Assembly (NCBI GenBank): GCA_048594725.1
Contig: JBMDXA010000080.1
Span: 1,430-65,429, forward strand
Source: Candidatus Kapaibacteriota bacterium
Lineage (GTDB): Bacteria; Bacteroidota; Ignavibacteria; OLB7
Direction: 5' to 3'
Length of the DNA stretch: 64,000 bases
Below the pieces are notes generated by a model. The model was not told where the DNA came from, searched no databases, and saw only the letters and a list, made by a program, of their open reading frames with translations. A program made the position numbers and the translations under genes. Positions 18,823 to 28,143 of this stretch are shown in pieces (the stretch's first letter is position 1; every line of letters starts with the position of its first letter).

Positions 18823-19344
18823 TCACACCAGATGCCGCGGATGAAGTCCTTCCAGCGCTATACAGAAATTCAGCGCCAGATAGGGCTGCATGATAGTATG
18901 GGGCTGGCTCCCCCCGCTTACTCCCATCACGCTGGCATCCAGGGATGCACTGACGGGGGCATCGGTGAAGACACTATCCGTAGAGGCCCCCGAAAACACA
19001 TTACCGGAGGGGAGGGGCCGATCTCCCGCCCCATTATAGGCGTTGATGGGATGCCTGTGGGCCGGCATTTCGTTCACCGAAAGCAGATGCGTTTCTTCTC
19101 CTCCGCTCTGGCCGAGGCCATATTCCTCACGGCCGCCCCCCTCCCCTATGTGTAGCGGCACACGGCCGCGTAGATCGGGAAGGGCAAAGGTGCTGAGGCC
19201 ATCGCCGCCATAGATAGTGCCGATAAGCTCGAAGAGAATGGTATTCTGTGCGATCGGCAGAAGCTGCCCGTTGCACTGGGCCCATCCGTATGGAACGAAA
19301 GGAAATGCCACGGCCATGATCTGGCCGATATACGTACACGCCAT
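18823..19344 (-). CDS. Phage tail collar domain protein (MdpB-like)
   Basis: YIGQI...F.FVP.GWAQCNGQLLPIAQN..LF.LIGT.YGGDG.STFALPDLRGR...QPYLALNFCIALEG. Confidence 0.92.
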   Translation of the reverse strand: MACTYIGQIMAVAFPFVPYGWAQCNGQLLPIAQNTILFELIGTIYGGDGLSTFALPDLRGRVPLHIGEGGGREEYGLGQSGGEETHLLSVNEMPAHRHPINAYNGAGDRPLPSGNVFSGASTDSVFTDAPVSASLDASVMGVSGGSQPHTIMQPYLALNFCIALEGLHPRHLV

Positions 19345-19570
19345 AGTTCTACCGTATGGTATAATCCGGTGATGATCTATTCAGCCTGGCACAGCAGAAT
19401 GCGGATCGATGCTGGCTCCTGGCCTGTTCGGGGAACGTTGTACTCCGCCCGAACAGACCTTCGAAGAAGCCGCTGAGTCAAACTCCGCAATCGCGGCTGC
19501 TACTACCCCGCACGGAGTAGAACGCCGCGCGAACGGCGCGAGATGCAATCCCGCTTCTCATCGAACAGGG

Positions 19571-20116
19571 TCAATTGCTGTAGAAGTGCACATAGGTAGT
19601 CCCCTTTGGCACATCTCCTCCGCCATTATTATAAAATGGCCCGTACTTCTTCGCCCATTTCAGCGATTTCATGGTGGGGTGTACGGTGAGATCGGATTTG
19701 CTGGAGAGATAGAACCACTTCACCTTTGCATTGCTGATCTCCGAATCGAGCGCGGGAAAATTCTCGGTTAAATGATATGGCTTGAGTTTCTTCTCGATGG
19801 CGCTGCTTCCCGGTTTGGCTTTATGGACCTTCTCCCCTCGTTGCCCTACCGCATGGATGGCACCACGAAGCCGGAGCAGATCGCAGGTCTTTGCGGCATC
19901 CCACTTCTCGGGCTCGTATTTATTATCCGCGGTGGGATATAATCCGGAGGTTTCGCCCCAGGAGACTTCGCTCAGGGTGCCGGTCTTCTGCACCGGGCAT
20001 CCCTTCTCATCATCTTTCCTGGCAAATCTGACTCCGTGCGACTGGTTCTGCATCGTTGTGGATGCGGCAGCCGGAGATCCGGCTACCTTTGTGGGTTCCG
20101 ATGTTTGCTCGTACAT
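19571..20116 (-). CDS. Hypothetical protein, candidate eCIS cargo/effector
   Basis: Lys-rich ORF directly downstream of the DUF4157 gene; low-complexity leader resembling that of the DUF4157 protein. Confidence 0.7.
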   Translation of the reverse strand: MYEQTSEPTKVAGSPAAASTTMQNQSHGVRFARKDDEKGCPVQKTGTLSEVSWGETSGLYPTADNKYEPEKWDAAKTCDLLRLRGAIHAVGQRGEKVHKAKPGSSAIEKKLKPYHLTENFPALDSEISNAKVKWFYLSSKSDLTVHPTMKSLKWAKKYGPFYNNGGGDVPKGTTYVHFYSN

Positions 20117-20242
20117 ATGATAATGGTGCTGTTATGGTGATGGAGTACCGAATAGTCCGGCGGACGGCCCATCCTGCGAACAGATGTTCTACGCTATTTC
20201 AGCGAAGCATTCCCGGCCGGGAATAGTCCTATATCCTCCCCG

Positions 20243-21649
20243 CTATCTGTCAGGTGCCTGATCCGGAGAAACCGGATTATTCGAAGTGGTCGCCCCGGAC
20301 ACCGTTGCAGGCGCAATCGACGGAGCATAGTCATTGCTCCATGCATCGGTACGTATCCGGAAGTGCTTCCCCTTCCCTGCATTCTGCAGGCAGCAGAGAT
20401 CCTTGTCGTTTACGCCGCCGAACAGACCACCGATGCCCTTGCCCGGGTCCCAGTTATAACAATCGAATGCCTGTACGGTCCAGCTATCAAACACTATTTC
20501 CACCGATCCCTTCCCCTTGCTTCTGGCGGAAACCCTGACCTTGGAACAGAGCGTATATCCTCCCACGGCGATGCCAAGATCGTCGGTCGTAAAATGGAAG
20601 GCATTTGCAGTTCCGGTCCATACCATCTCTGCCGAACCGCCTACCTTGAGTCGTCCATCCTTCAAACGTTTCGAGGCCCCTTCGATGAATTTTGCGCGGT
20701 GTTCATTCAGAAGTTTTTCCTTGGTGTCGTTATGATTCTTGAAAATGGCAACCGGCATCACCTTTTCAGAGCCGGAGCCATTGAGAAAATGGAGAAGATT
20801 CTCCGCAGCCTGGGGGCTATCCCCCTTCTGTGCCTTGGCCCCCAGTATGGCATTCGCATGCAGAGCGTTCATATCCTTGGTTGTGGGATAGTTCTTTTTA
20901 CAGTAGCTATCCTGAACGACAAGGCATTTGGAAGATGCGCCGGCACATTCGGTGACGACATGATCGATATTACATTCCTGTGCCCGCTGCACCATCGCTC
21001 CCGGCAGGCTGGTCACCGGCATCGCTGCGCTCTTCCGCTGTACCGCATCACCGCGTTCCACTGTTCCGCCACCTCCCTGCTGGATCACATGGGTAAGCTC
21101 GTGGGCCAGCAGATGGCGTCCGCCGGTGCTGGAGGGATTATATTCTCCGGCACCAAATACAACGTCATTCCCCACCGTGTATGCGCGTGCGTTCACCGCC
21201 TGCGCCGACTCGGCAGCCTGCGCACCGGTATGGATACGTACAGCCCCGAAGTCGTGGCCGAAGCGTGACTCCATGAACGAGCGTACGCCCCCATCCAGGG
21301 CCTTACCTCCGCTGCCGAGCACATCGTAGACCTGTGATGGCACCTCCGCCCCGGCACCTCCCGTTTCCATCCGCATGATCTGTTTATCCTCCTTCTCCTG
21401 GCAGGCCGCACAGGCGCGCTGTATCTGGATATCGCTCATCCGCATCACTGTATCGGCCATGCGGTCGGCCTCCTGCTCGTAGCGATCTCCCGGCTGGTTG
21501 ACCGTCAGTTTCTTCTGCAGGATGGTTCCCTTTCCCGCCGTGGCTATCGCCGAAGCGGATTGGCTTCTGTGCCTCCCGCCGGAGGAACGCATAGGCGATC
21601 CTGCGGCAGCGGCGTTGCTGCTCTTGCGGTCTGGCGAGTGCTGGTACAT
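20243..21649 (-). CDS. DUF4157 (eCIS core domain) protein with unknown C-terminal domain
   Basis: LQKKLTVNQPGDRYEQEAD, MESRFGHDFGAVRIH, ARAYTVGNDVVF, HLLAHELTHVIQQ. Confidence 0.92.
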   Translation of the reverse strand: MYQHSPDRKSSNAAAAGSPMRSSGGRHRSQSASAIATAGKGTILQKKLTVNQPGDRYEQEADRMADTVMRMSDIQIQRACAACQEKEDKQIMRMETGGAGAEVPSQVYDVLGSGGKALDGGVRSFMESRFGHDFGAVRIHTGAQAAESAQAVNARAYTVGNDVVFGAGEYNPSSTGGRHLLAHELTHVIQQGGGGTVERGDAVQRKSAAMPVTSLPGAMVQRAQECNIDHVVTECAGASSKCLVVQDSYCKKNYPTTKDMNALHANAILGAKAQKGDSPQAAENLLHFLNGSGSEKVMPVAIFKNHNDTKEKLLNEHRAKFIEGASKRLKDGRLKVGGSAEMVWTGTANAFHFTTDDLGIAVGGYTLCSKVRVSARSKGKGSVEIVFDSWTVQAFDCYNWDPGKGIGGLFGGVNDKDLCCLQNAGKGKHFRIRTDAWSNDYAPSIAPATVSGATTSNNPVSPDQAPDR

Positions 21650-21735
21650 GATCGTTCTTCTCCATGATGTGCGGCAGCCGCCATGCTCTCCGGAGCATCC
21701 GATCCGCCGGTTATGGTTGGCTGTGGCTACCGATT

Positions 21736-23097
21736 TCAGAGCGTCTTGCCTTCCTTCAGAAACTCCTTTCGTATCCCCTCCTCCATATCCTCCAGCGTGA
21801 TGATGACATCGTTGCGGCTCAGGGCCTTCAGCGATGCGTAGCGGACCACGTTCATCACGGTACCGCCGGAGAGTTCATGTTTCGCGGCGATCCTGCCCAG
21901 ATCGACGGCCGGCTCCAGCACGGCTTTCGGGGAGAATGCCCGCTCCCAGATCCGCTGCCGCTCCGGGGGCTTCGGCATCGGGAAATAGACCACCGAATGG
22001 AAACGCCGCAGAAACGCCTCATCGATATTGGCCTTGAGATTGGAGGCCAGTATCACCACGCCGTTGAACTCCTCGATCCGCTGCAACAGGAAGCTCACCT
22101 CCTGGTTGGCGAAGCGATCGTGCGCGCTATCCACCCGCGTGCGCCGTCCGAAGAGCGCATCGGCCTCGTCGAAGAAGAGTATCCACCCCTTGTCCTCTGC
22201 CATATCGAAGACCTTCGCCAGGTTCTCCTCGGTCTCGCCGATGTATTTCGATACGATCAGGCTGAGATCGATCTTGTAGACATCGCGCTCGCAGTACTTC
22301 CCGAGGAGCGAGGCCGAGAGGGTCTTGCCGGTTCCCGGAGGCCCGTAGAACAGGCTGGTGAAGCCGGGGCGGAGCTTCCCTGCCATGCCCCATTCATCCA
22401 GCAGCATCGGTCCGTAGAGTATCCACTGGCGGATCTCGCCGAGCTGGTCGAGCGTGGCGGCGGGGAGCACCAGATCCTCCCACCCGAGGCTCGTCCGGAT
22501 CATGCGCGCCGGGAACTCGCTGTTGTAGGCCGGCCGCCGTTCGGTGCCGGCGGTGAAGCGCTGGATGTAATCGCGGGAGAGCAGAAGCGCACCGCTCAGC
22601 TCCGGCTCGCTGGCGGCGGTAACCCCAAGATGCAGCACCCCGAGCCGGGCGAAGAGATGATCGGCATCGAAGATCCGGGCCAGACGGAATCTGGCATCCA
22701 GATCCTCTCCCGCCAGAACGAACAGCGCGGTCTCGCCGGTGGGAAGGAACCCGCCGTGGGTGGCACCCTGTATGCCGCCGAACTCCGTGCATCCCCGGTC
22801 GGTGGCCTCGTTCTTTATCCAGAGCACGTCCAGCATCTGCGGGCGGATATGAGGCACCAGCGCCAGTACGAGCACCAGCCGCTCCGCCGCCGAAAGAGCA
22901 TGCCTGCCGATAAATCCGGCGTACAGGCTCTCTCCAAGCTCCGGAGGCTCTATCACCTCGGGGGGGAGCGCGGCTCCCTCGGTACGGAAATGAGAATGCA
23001 GCCGTGCATTGAGAACCCGGGCGAACCACTCGAGCTCGCGCTCGAGATCGGAAGCACCGGAGCCGGGGGCGGCGATATCGTGTATATCTGCGTTCAC
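21736..23097 (-). CDS. eCIS AAA+ ATPase (Afp15/Pvc15-like)
   Basis: Walker A GPPGTGKT, Walker B ILFFDEADALFG.RT, DRFANQEVSFLLQRIE, IDEAFLRRF; GTG start overlaps upstream TGA. Confidence 0.93.
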   Translation of the reverse strand: MNADIHDIAAPGSGASDLERELEWFARVLNARLHSHFRTEGAALPPEVIEPPELGESLYAGFIGRHALSAAERLVLVLALVPHIRPQMLDVLWIKNEATDRGCTEFGGIQGATHGGFLPTGETALFVLAGEDLDARFRLARIFDADHLFARLGVLHLGVTAASEPELSGALLLSRDYIQRFTAGTERRPAYNSEFPARMIRTSLGWEDLVLPAATLDQLGEIRQWILYGPMLLDEWGMAGKLRPGFTSLFYGPPGTGKTLSASLLGKYCERDVYKIDLSLIVSKYIGETEENLAKVFDMAEDKGWILFFDEADALFGRRTRVDSAHDRFANQEVSFLLQRIEEFNGVVILASNLKANIDEAFLRRFHSVVYFPMPKPPERQRIWERAFSPKAVLEPAVDLGRIAAKHELSGGTVMNVVRYASLKALSRNDVIITLEDMEEGIRKEFLKEGKTL

Positions 23098-25202
23098 TGT
23101 CTCTCCCATTCTACATGGATCGGTTCGGACATCCAGGGTAGCCTGACGATGCTGATGCCCCAGGGAAGGTGCCCCAGCAGCAGGTCGAACGATGCCGGCT
23201 CCACCTGCAACCGCCATCGCCGCTCCTCCCGGCGAAGCAGCCCCGGCCGCCTCAGGAAGCTCTCGCGCACGGCATCGGCAGAAGTGTTTTTCAGAGCGCT
23301 CCAATGCTCCACCACCGCTGCCAGAAGGGCATCGGCCTCCACGGCATCCTCAGGCCCCACCAGACCGCCGGCGAGGAGGAGCGGGGTATGGAGATCCCGG
23401 CCCAGCAGCACCTTGCAGAGCCCCAGTTCGAACTCGTACGGTTCGTCGCGGCCGGTAGCAAGGAACTGAAGCAGAGCGGCGGCACGGGGGATAACGGACT
23501 CCGCCAGAACGCGGCTTCCGGGCTCGGCCACGCCCCTGTCCTGGAGGAACGGGACGATAAAAGGATGAAGCAGCACCAGCCCGGCATAATGAACCACCAC
23601 CGGCGATGAACTCTCCTCCGGAGAATCATCTCCCCATGCGTCCATGCTCTCCGCCTGATGCGGCCGCATACCGGCCGCAGAGGCAGCCGTGCTGCCAGTA
23701 ACAGAGGATGATGATGCCGAGAGCCGCACCGGCAGACCGGGCGCATCGGAGGGGGAGGACGGGGCGCCCCCGCCGGAGACACCATCGCCCCCGCCGGAGG
23801 CCCCGGCGCTGCCGCGCAGCAATGCTACTGCCGAGGGGGAGAGCCGCTCCAGCAGCGATGCCAGGACCGGATCATCCGCCGCCATCCTCTCCGCTATCCC
23901 GCCGAACTCCGGCAATGAGGCAGTCCCGGCCGCATGAATGCTGGCGGCGAGCATATGCGCGATGAAGCGCCTGCGGCGCCTCTCATCACCGGCGGCACCG
24001 GCGGAGGCCCTTGCAACGGCGTCCAGCACCAAGGCCACATCATGCTTCCACTCGCGAGCTATCCTCTCCAGCACCGCCTGTAGAAAACCTGGGATCTCAT
24101 GGGGGTCCAGCCTCTCCAGCATCCGGGAAATGAAGCCGGTCACCTCGGCGCCGGAGAGCTCATCTCCCGGCTCACTCGTGACAAGCGCCCCGGCCGCCAG
24201 ACGGAACAGAGAGAGACGGCCGGAACCGCCGAAGCGGCCATCCGCAACGGCTTGCGCCACCGGCTCTCTCCAGTGGCCGGGGATCTGCTCGCGAAACCGC
24301 GTCACTACCTCGGCGGCATCCCCTTCCATCAACCGCTCGATCAGCCACAGCACCCGCCCCCGGCCCGCCGATGCCGACGGCCGCGCCTCAGAAGAGCCAT
24401 CCGCTCCGGATGCAACACCGGGATCGCCGGAAGCCTCGGGGCTCCCCTCCAGCAGACGATCAACAGAAGCCGCAACGGAGCGGAGATGGCCGTAACGGAT
24501 GGAGGGGACTGAGGCAGATCCGCCGGCCATCCCGGCGATCCGTGCGGCTTCGGTACGGGCTTCCCCGAAAAAAGGATCGAGCAACTCACCGATGAAGGAG
24601 ATCGCATCCTCATCGCTCAGAAGCTGGAGCAGGCGGAACAGAACATCGAACCGTTCCCCCGCCGGGATGCTCCCGTTCCGGAGCAACCCGGCAAGCCGCG
24701 GGAACTCCCGGCGGCAGATCTCGCGCAACCCGCCAACGAGATCGGCACCGGCATGCGCCGCGCTCCAGGCGAGCATACCGGTGCGGAGATACGCGAGCAG
24801 TATCCCGAACCGATCCTCGCCAACGAGGCTGCCGCGCACAACCGCATCATCACGGCCGTCGTCACGACCGCTATCGAGACCCTCACCGCGGCCGTGGCTA
24901 TCATCATCCCGCACCCCGCGCGCCACCAGCTCGCGCAACCGTTCGGCCAGTTCCTCGGCGATACGTTCCGGAAGCACCTCCGCAAGCTCCTCGGTGGAAG
25001 CCACCCGGAGCGTAAGCTCCACTCTGGAGCAGCGGATGGTGCGTTCCGGAACATCGGCATCGTTGAAGCCGCGCTCCATTGCCGGGAGCAGGCTGGCAGC
25101 CCACTCCCGGCGGAGATAATCGCGGATGGCGAAAGCCTCCTCCGGCGTCCCCGCCCTGAGGACAAGGCGCTGGCTTCTGATTCTATGGGGGTTGTTGCTC
25201 AT
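23094..25202 (-). CDS. CIS tape-measure protein (Afp14-like)
   Basis: N-terminal HRIRSQ; C-terminal AGLVLLHPF...L.KVLLG...HWSALKNTS...RESFLRRPG.L...D.LL..LPW.IS.V.LPWM. Confidence 0.88.
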   Translation of the reverse strand: MSNNPHRIRSQRLVLRAGTPEEAFAIRDYLRREWAASLLPAMERGFNDADVPERTIRCSRVELTLRVASTEELAEVLPERIAEELAERLRELVARGVRDDDSHGRGEGLDSGRDDGRDDAVVRGSLVGEDRFGILLAYLRTGMLAWSAAHAGADLVGGLREICRREFPRLAGLLRNGSIPAGERFDVLFRLLQLLSDEDAISFIGELLDPFFGEARTEAARIAGMAGGSASVPSIRYGHLRSVAASVDRLLEGSPEASGDPGVASGADGSSEARPSASAGRGRVLWLIERLMEGDAAEVVTRFREQIPGHWREPVAQAVADGRFGGSGRLSLFRLAAGALVTSEPGDELSGAEVTGFISRMLERLDPHEIPGFLQAVLERIAREWKHDVALVLDAVARASAGAAGDERRRRRFIAHMLAASIHAAGTASLPEFGGIAERMAADDPVLASLLERLSPSAVALLRGSAGASGGGDGVSGGGAPSSPSDAPGLPVRLSASSSSVTGSTAASAAGMRPHQAESMDAWGDDSPEESSSPVVVHYAGLVLLHPFIVPFLQDRGVAEPGSRVLAESVIPRAAALLQFLATGRDEPYEFELGLCKVLLGRDLHTPLLLAGGLVGPEDAVEADALLAAVVEHWSALKNTSADAVRESFLRRPGLLRREERRWRLQVEPASFDLLLGHLPWGISIVRLPWMSEPIHVEWERQ

Positions 25203-25221
25203 CGGGATTCACTCCGGCTGC

Positions 25222-28119
25222 TTATATCGAGTCGCGCATACTGCGGCAGACCGCCTGGATATCCCTGTTGGTGGTGGAACGCATCACTTCATCCAGCCCC
25301 TTGCGCAAGTGATCCTTTACCTCCTCGTTGGAGAGCCAGGAGAGGCTCGGGGAAATCGCCGTGACGGCCCGCGCGCCATCGCTGCTGCCTGTGACGGTCA
25401 TCTTGGAGGCAACGATGTATCGCAGGATGACGAGGATGGATTCGGCAAGCGGATACTCGGTCTGCTGCGCCTCCTCGATATATTTCCATCGCGTCTCCTC
25501 ATCCAGCGTCAGGTCGGAGGCAAGCTGTTGCAGCACCTCGATCTTCTCGGCGAACAGCACGTTCTCATCCACCCGCATCGCCAGATAGGGATCACTGATC
25601 GACGGGGTCTCGGTGCCGGGCGCCGCGGACTTGAGCTGATCGGCTCTCGGCACGGTGCTCCCCAGCATCTGCACCGAATCGCGGAATAGGCCCACGTAAT
25701 CTCCCTGGAAGCTCACCCGCAGATCCTGCTCCTGGATCTTTCTGTCCACGCTGGCGCTCTGCTGGATGATCTTCCCATCGACAACGGCGTTCTGCTGGAT
25801 CAGCTTTCCATCGACGACGGCATTGTGCTGCGCGAACTTGCTGTCCATCACCCCCACCACGCTGGCGGTAACCTGTCCCACGGCCGCATCCAGCTTGGTA
25901 TTGATAAAGGTATTGCGCGACGGCTGCACCTTGATGCCGCTGTCGATGACATAGGATGGCCTGACGGCCGGCTTCACCAGCGTCAGATCGTCCACCGGCT
26001 CAACCTCCTCCTCCGGCAGATAATAGGGGACCATGAAATCGGCGATGACGGTATTGCTGGAATCATACACCAGCAGGAACGTGCCGCCGCGCGAAACCCC
26101 CGCGAAATGCTCCACGCCCGGATTGCGGTCGATGAACGTCCCGAGCAGGAGCTTCTCATCGGCGCGCTCCTCCTTCTGCTTGATAACCTGGTCGAGCAGC
26201 GGGAGCAGGGTGGCGTGCGTGCTGCTGATGAGGGTATCGTACGGCGTCGCGAAATCGGTCTTGACCACCGCGCTCAGGCTGGACTTGAACTGCCCGGCGG
26301 TCTCCATGGTGTTCTTCAGCGATGTCTGCCAGGAGGCATCGGCCGCATAGGCGGTATAGTTGCGGACGAGCTTATCCTGCACCACGGCGGCCTTGGAGAC
26401 CACATCGGCGCTGCTATTGGCCGACAGCAGACGGATGGAGGGGCAATCGCAATCCTCTACCGAGGTGACCGCCGTGCTGGGCTCGGCCTGCACCTTGCCA
26501 TTGAAGGCGTTGCTGAAGAGCTTCACATCATCCAGCTGGTTGGCGAGGTCCTGCCGCAGAACGCGGTGCACGCTGTACAGAGCATCGGAGCGCATGGCCG
26601 GCTTGATGGTCACCTGCGCCCTGTTGGTCCCGGCCATGATTGCCCGCACGGCGATCGGTACGTTGCTGGTCTTGATAAGCTCCTTGATGCGCGCCAGGGC
26701 CGTAGCTACCGGCTTTCCGAGATGCCCCTCGATCCGGAAGAAGGGGAAGCGCCCGATCTGCAGGCGGAACGGATCGACCACCCCTCCGGCCGTGGCATAC
26801 CATATGGCGTTATAGGAGTAGTTGAGCGCTCCTCTGCCCCGCTGCAACAGCCGGAAGTTCCAGGAGTCGAAGAGCCGGTTGCCGGAGCTGGCCGGATAAT
26901 AGAACGGGATGGCCCGTTCCTCCAGCGGCACATCCTCGTGCGCGCTGGGGGTGATCCGGATATCGGCGGTGCCGCCCGGTGGCGGAATGATGGTGGGGGT
27001 GAAATTCTGGATCATCATATCGAGCTTCCGCACCAGGAACCGCGCATGATCGCGCTCGCCGGCGGCATGGCCGGTGATGGGAGAAGGATAGAAGCCGGTG
27101 CGGAAATCGTCCGACGGAGTCCCGTCGGTCACATAGCCGAGCAGCAGATGTTTCGGAAACGCGGTGATGCTCGGCAGGCATTGCGTCATATCCCCGAACA
27201 GCAGCTCGCGCAGCTCGTTGTAGGTCTCGGCAATATCCTTGAGGAAATCATAGTAGTACTGTATGCCGGTATCGTTGGTGGCGAAGGAGCTTCTGATAGT
27301 CTCCATTCTGCTCATCCAGTTGGAGAGGGGGGCAGGATTGAAGAAATCATCGAGATAGGGCCACGCCGATCCGTTCAGCCGGTTGAACTCCGCCACGATC
27401 TTTCCATGAATGCCCGTGCAGGCGGTGCGATACAGGGACCCGATCGCCGCCGGGCTGTTGACGGCCGGGCTAAGAACCGGACGATCGGCCAGCACATGCG
27501 CCGTCGCCATGAACCCCTGATGCACCGTCTGCATACCCTGCAGCAACTTGTAGACCCGCTCATCATCCACCAGAATGCATCTGATCCTGTTGATGACCTC
27601 CTTTCCCAGATTGTCGCAATCGGTTCCGGAGCAGATATCATCATCCTTCAGATAGCTTTCCATCAGAAGCACTACCACCATGCCCGTAAGCCCGCGCCCT
27701 TCCCTGAGAAGGAACTCGCTCAGCGGCCATGCGGTGCCGGGCGCGGCATCGGCATCGTCGGTAAGCAGTTCGTAGGGGGGCAGGAAGCCGTCGTCCGAGT
27801 TGTACTCGAGTCCGGGATAGGCCGGAAAGGATTCATCGTAATGCCTGAAGCGGGTGAAATAGGTAACCTGCTCCAGAGCGAGGATATCGCCATCGGTGGT
27901 GATGCCCATCCCCTTGCTTACGACGACCCCGTCGTCGCTGACGGAGGCGCGCAGGCCGCAGGCGATGCCGGTACCCAGAAGCCGCACGCGCGTAAGGCGG
28001 ATCTGGTCGTCGGCGTAGTCGGCCAGGCTGTTCAACTGCTCGTGAGTCAGCACCTGGTCCTTCTCGAACACGGTGTAGCCGGTCGAGATCTGTTGAAGGC
28101 TTTTGAAAGTCGGTATCAT
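25222..28119 (-). CDS. eCIS fibre-position protein (Afp13-like N-terminus)
   Basis: FEKDQVLT..QLN....DDQ.RLTR..L.GTGIACGL; RAIPFYY, RIEGHLG, G.EH..GV..GGTF.LVY; located between baseplate and tape measure. Confidence 0.75.
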   Translation of the reverse strand: MIPTFKSLQQISTGYTVFEKDQVLTHEQLNSLADYADDQIRLTRVRLLGTGIACGLRASVSDDGVVVSKGMGITTDGDILALEQVTYFTRFRHYDESFPAYPGLEYNSDDGFLPPYELLTDDADAAPGTAWPLSEFLLREGRGLTGMVVVLLMESYLKDDDICSGTDCDNLGKEVINRIRCILVDDERVYKLLQGMQTVHQGFMATAHVLADRPVLSPAVNSPAAIGSLYRTACTGIHGKIVAEFNRLNGSAWPYLDDFFNPAPLSNWMSRMETIRSSFATNDTGIQYYYDFLKDIAETYNELRELLFGDMTQCLPSITAFPKHLLLGYVTDGTPSDDFRTGFYPSPITGHAAGERDHARFLVRKLDMMIQNFTPTIIPPPGGTADIRITPSAHEDVPLEERAIPFYYPASSGNRLFDSWNFRLLQRGRGALNYSYNAIWYATAGGVVDPFRLQIGRFPFFRIEGHLGKPVATALARIKELIKTSNVPIAVRAIMAGTNRAQVTIKPAMRSDALYSVHRVLRQDLANQLDDVKLFSNAFNGKVQAEPSTAVTSVEDCDCPSIRLLSANSSADVVSKAAVVQDKLVRNYTAYAADASWQTSLKNTMETAGQFKSSLSAVVKTDFATPYDTLISSTHATLLPLLDQVIKQKEERADEKLLLGTFIDRNPGVEHFAGVSRGGTFLLVYDSSNTVIADFMVPYYLPEEEVEPVDDLTLVKPAVRPSYVIDSGIKVQPSRNTFINTKLDAAVGQVTASVVGVMDSKFAQHNAVVDGKLIQQNAVVDGKIIQQSASVDRKIQEQDLRVSFQGDYVGLFRDSVQMLGSTVPRADQLKSAAPGTETPSISDPYLAMRVDENVLFAEKIEVLQQLASDLTLDEETRWKYIEEAQQTEYPLAESILVILRYIVASKMTVTGSSDGARAVTAISPSLSWLSNEEVKDHLRKGLDEVMRSTTNRDIQAVCRSMRDSI

Positions 28120-28143
28120 GCTGATGGATCGGTGGTGTTGATA

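Noticed and set aside
23098-23304. Extended N-terminus of the ATPase (and similar upstream extensions of other ORF-track calls)
   Set aside because: Overlaps the tape-measure gene; a coupled GTG start at 23097 fits better
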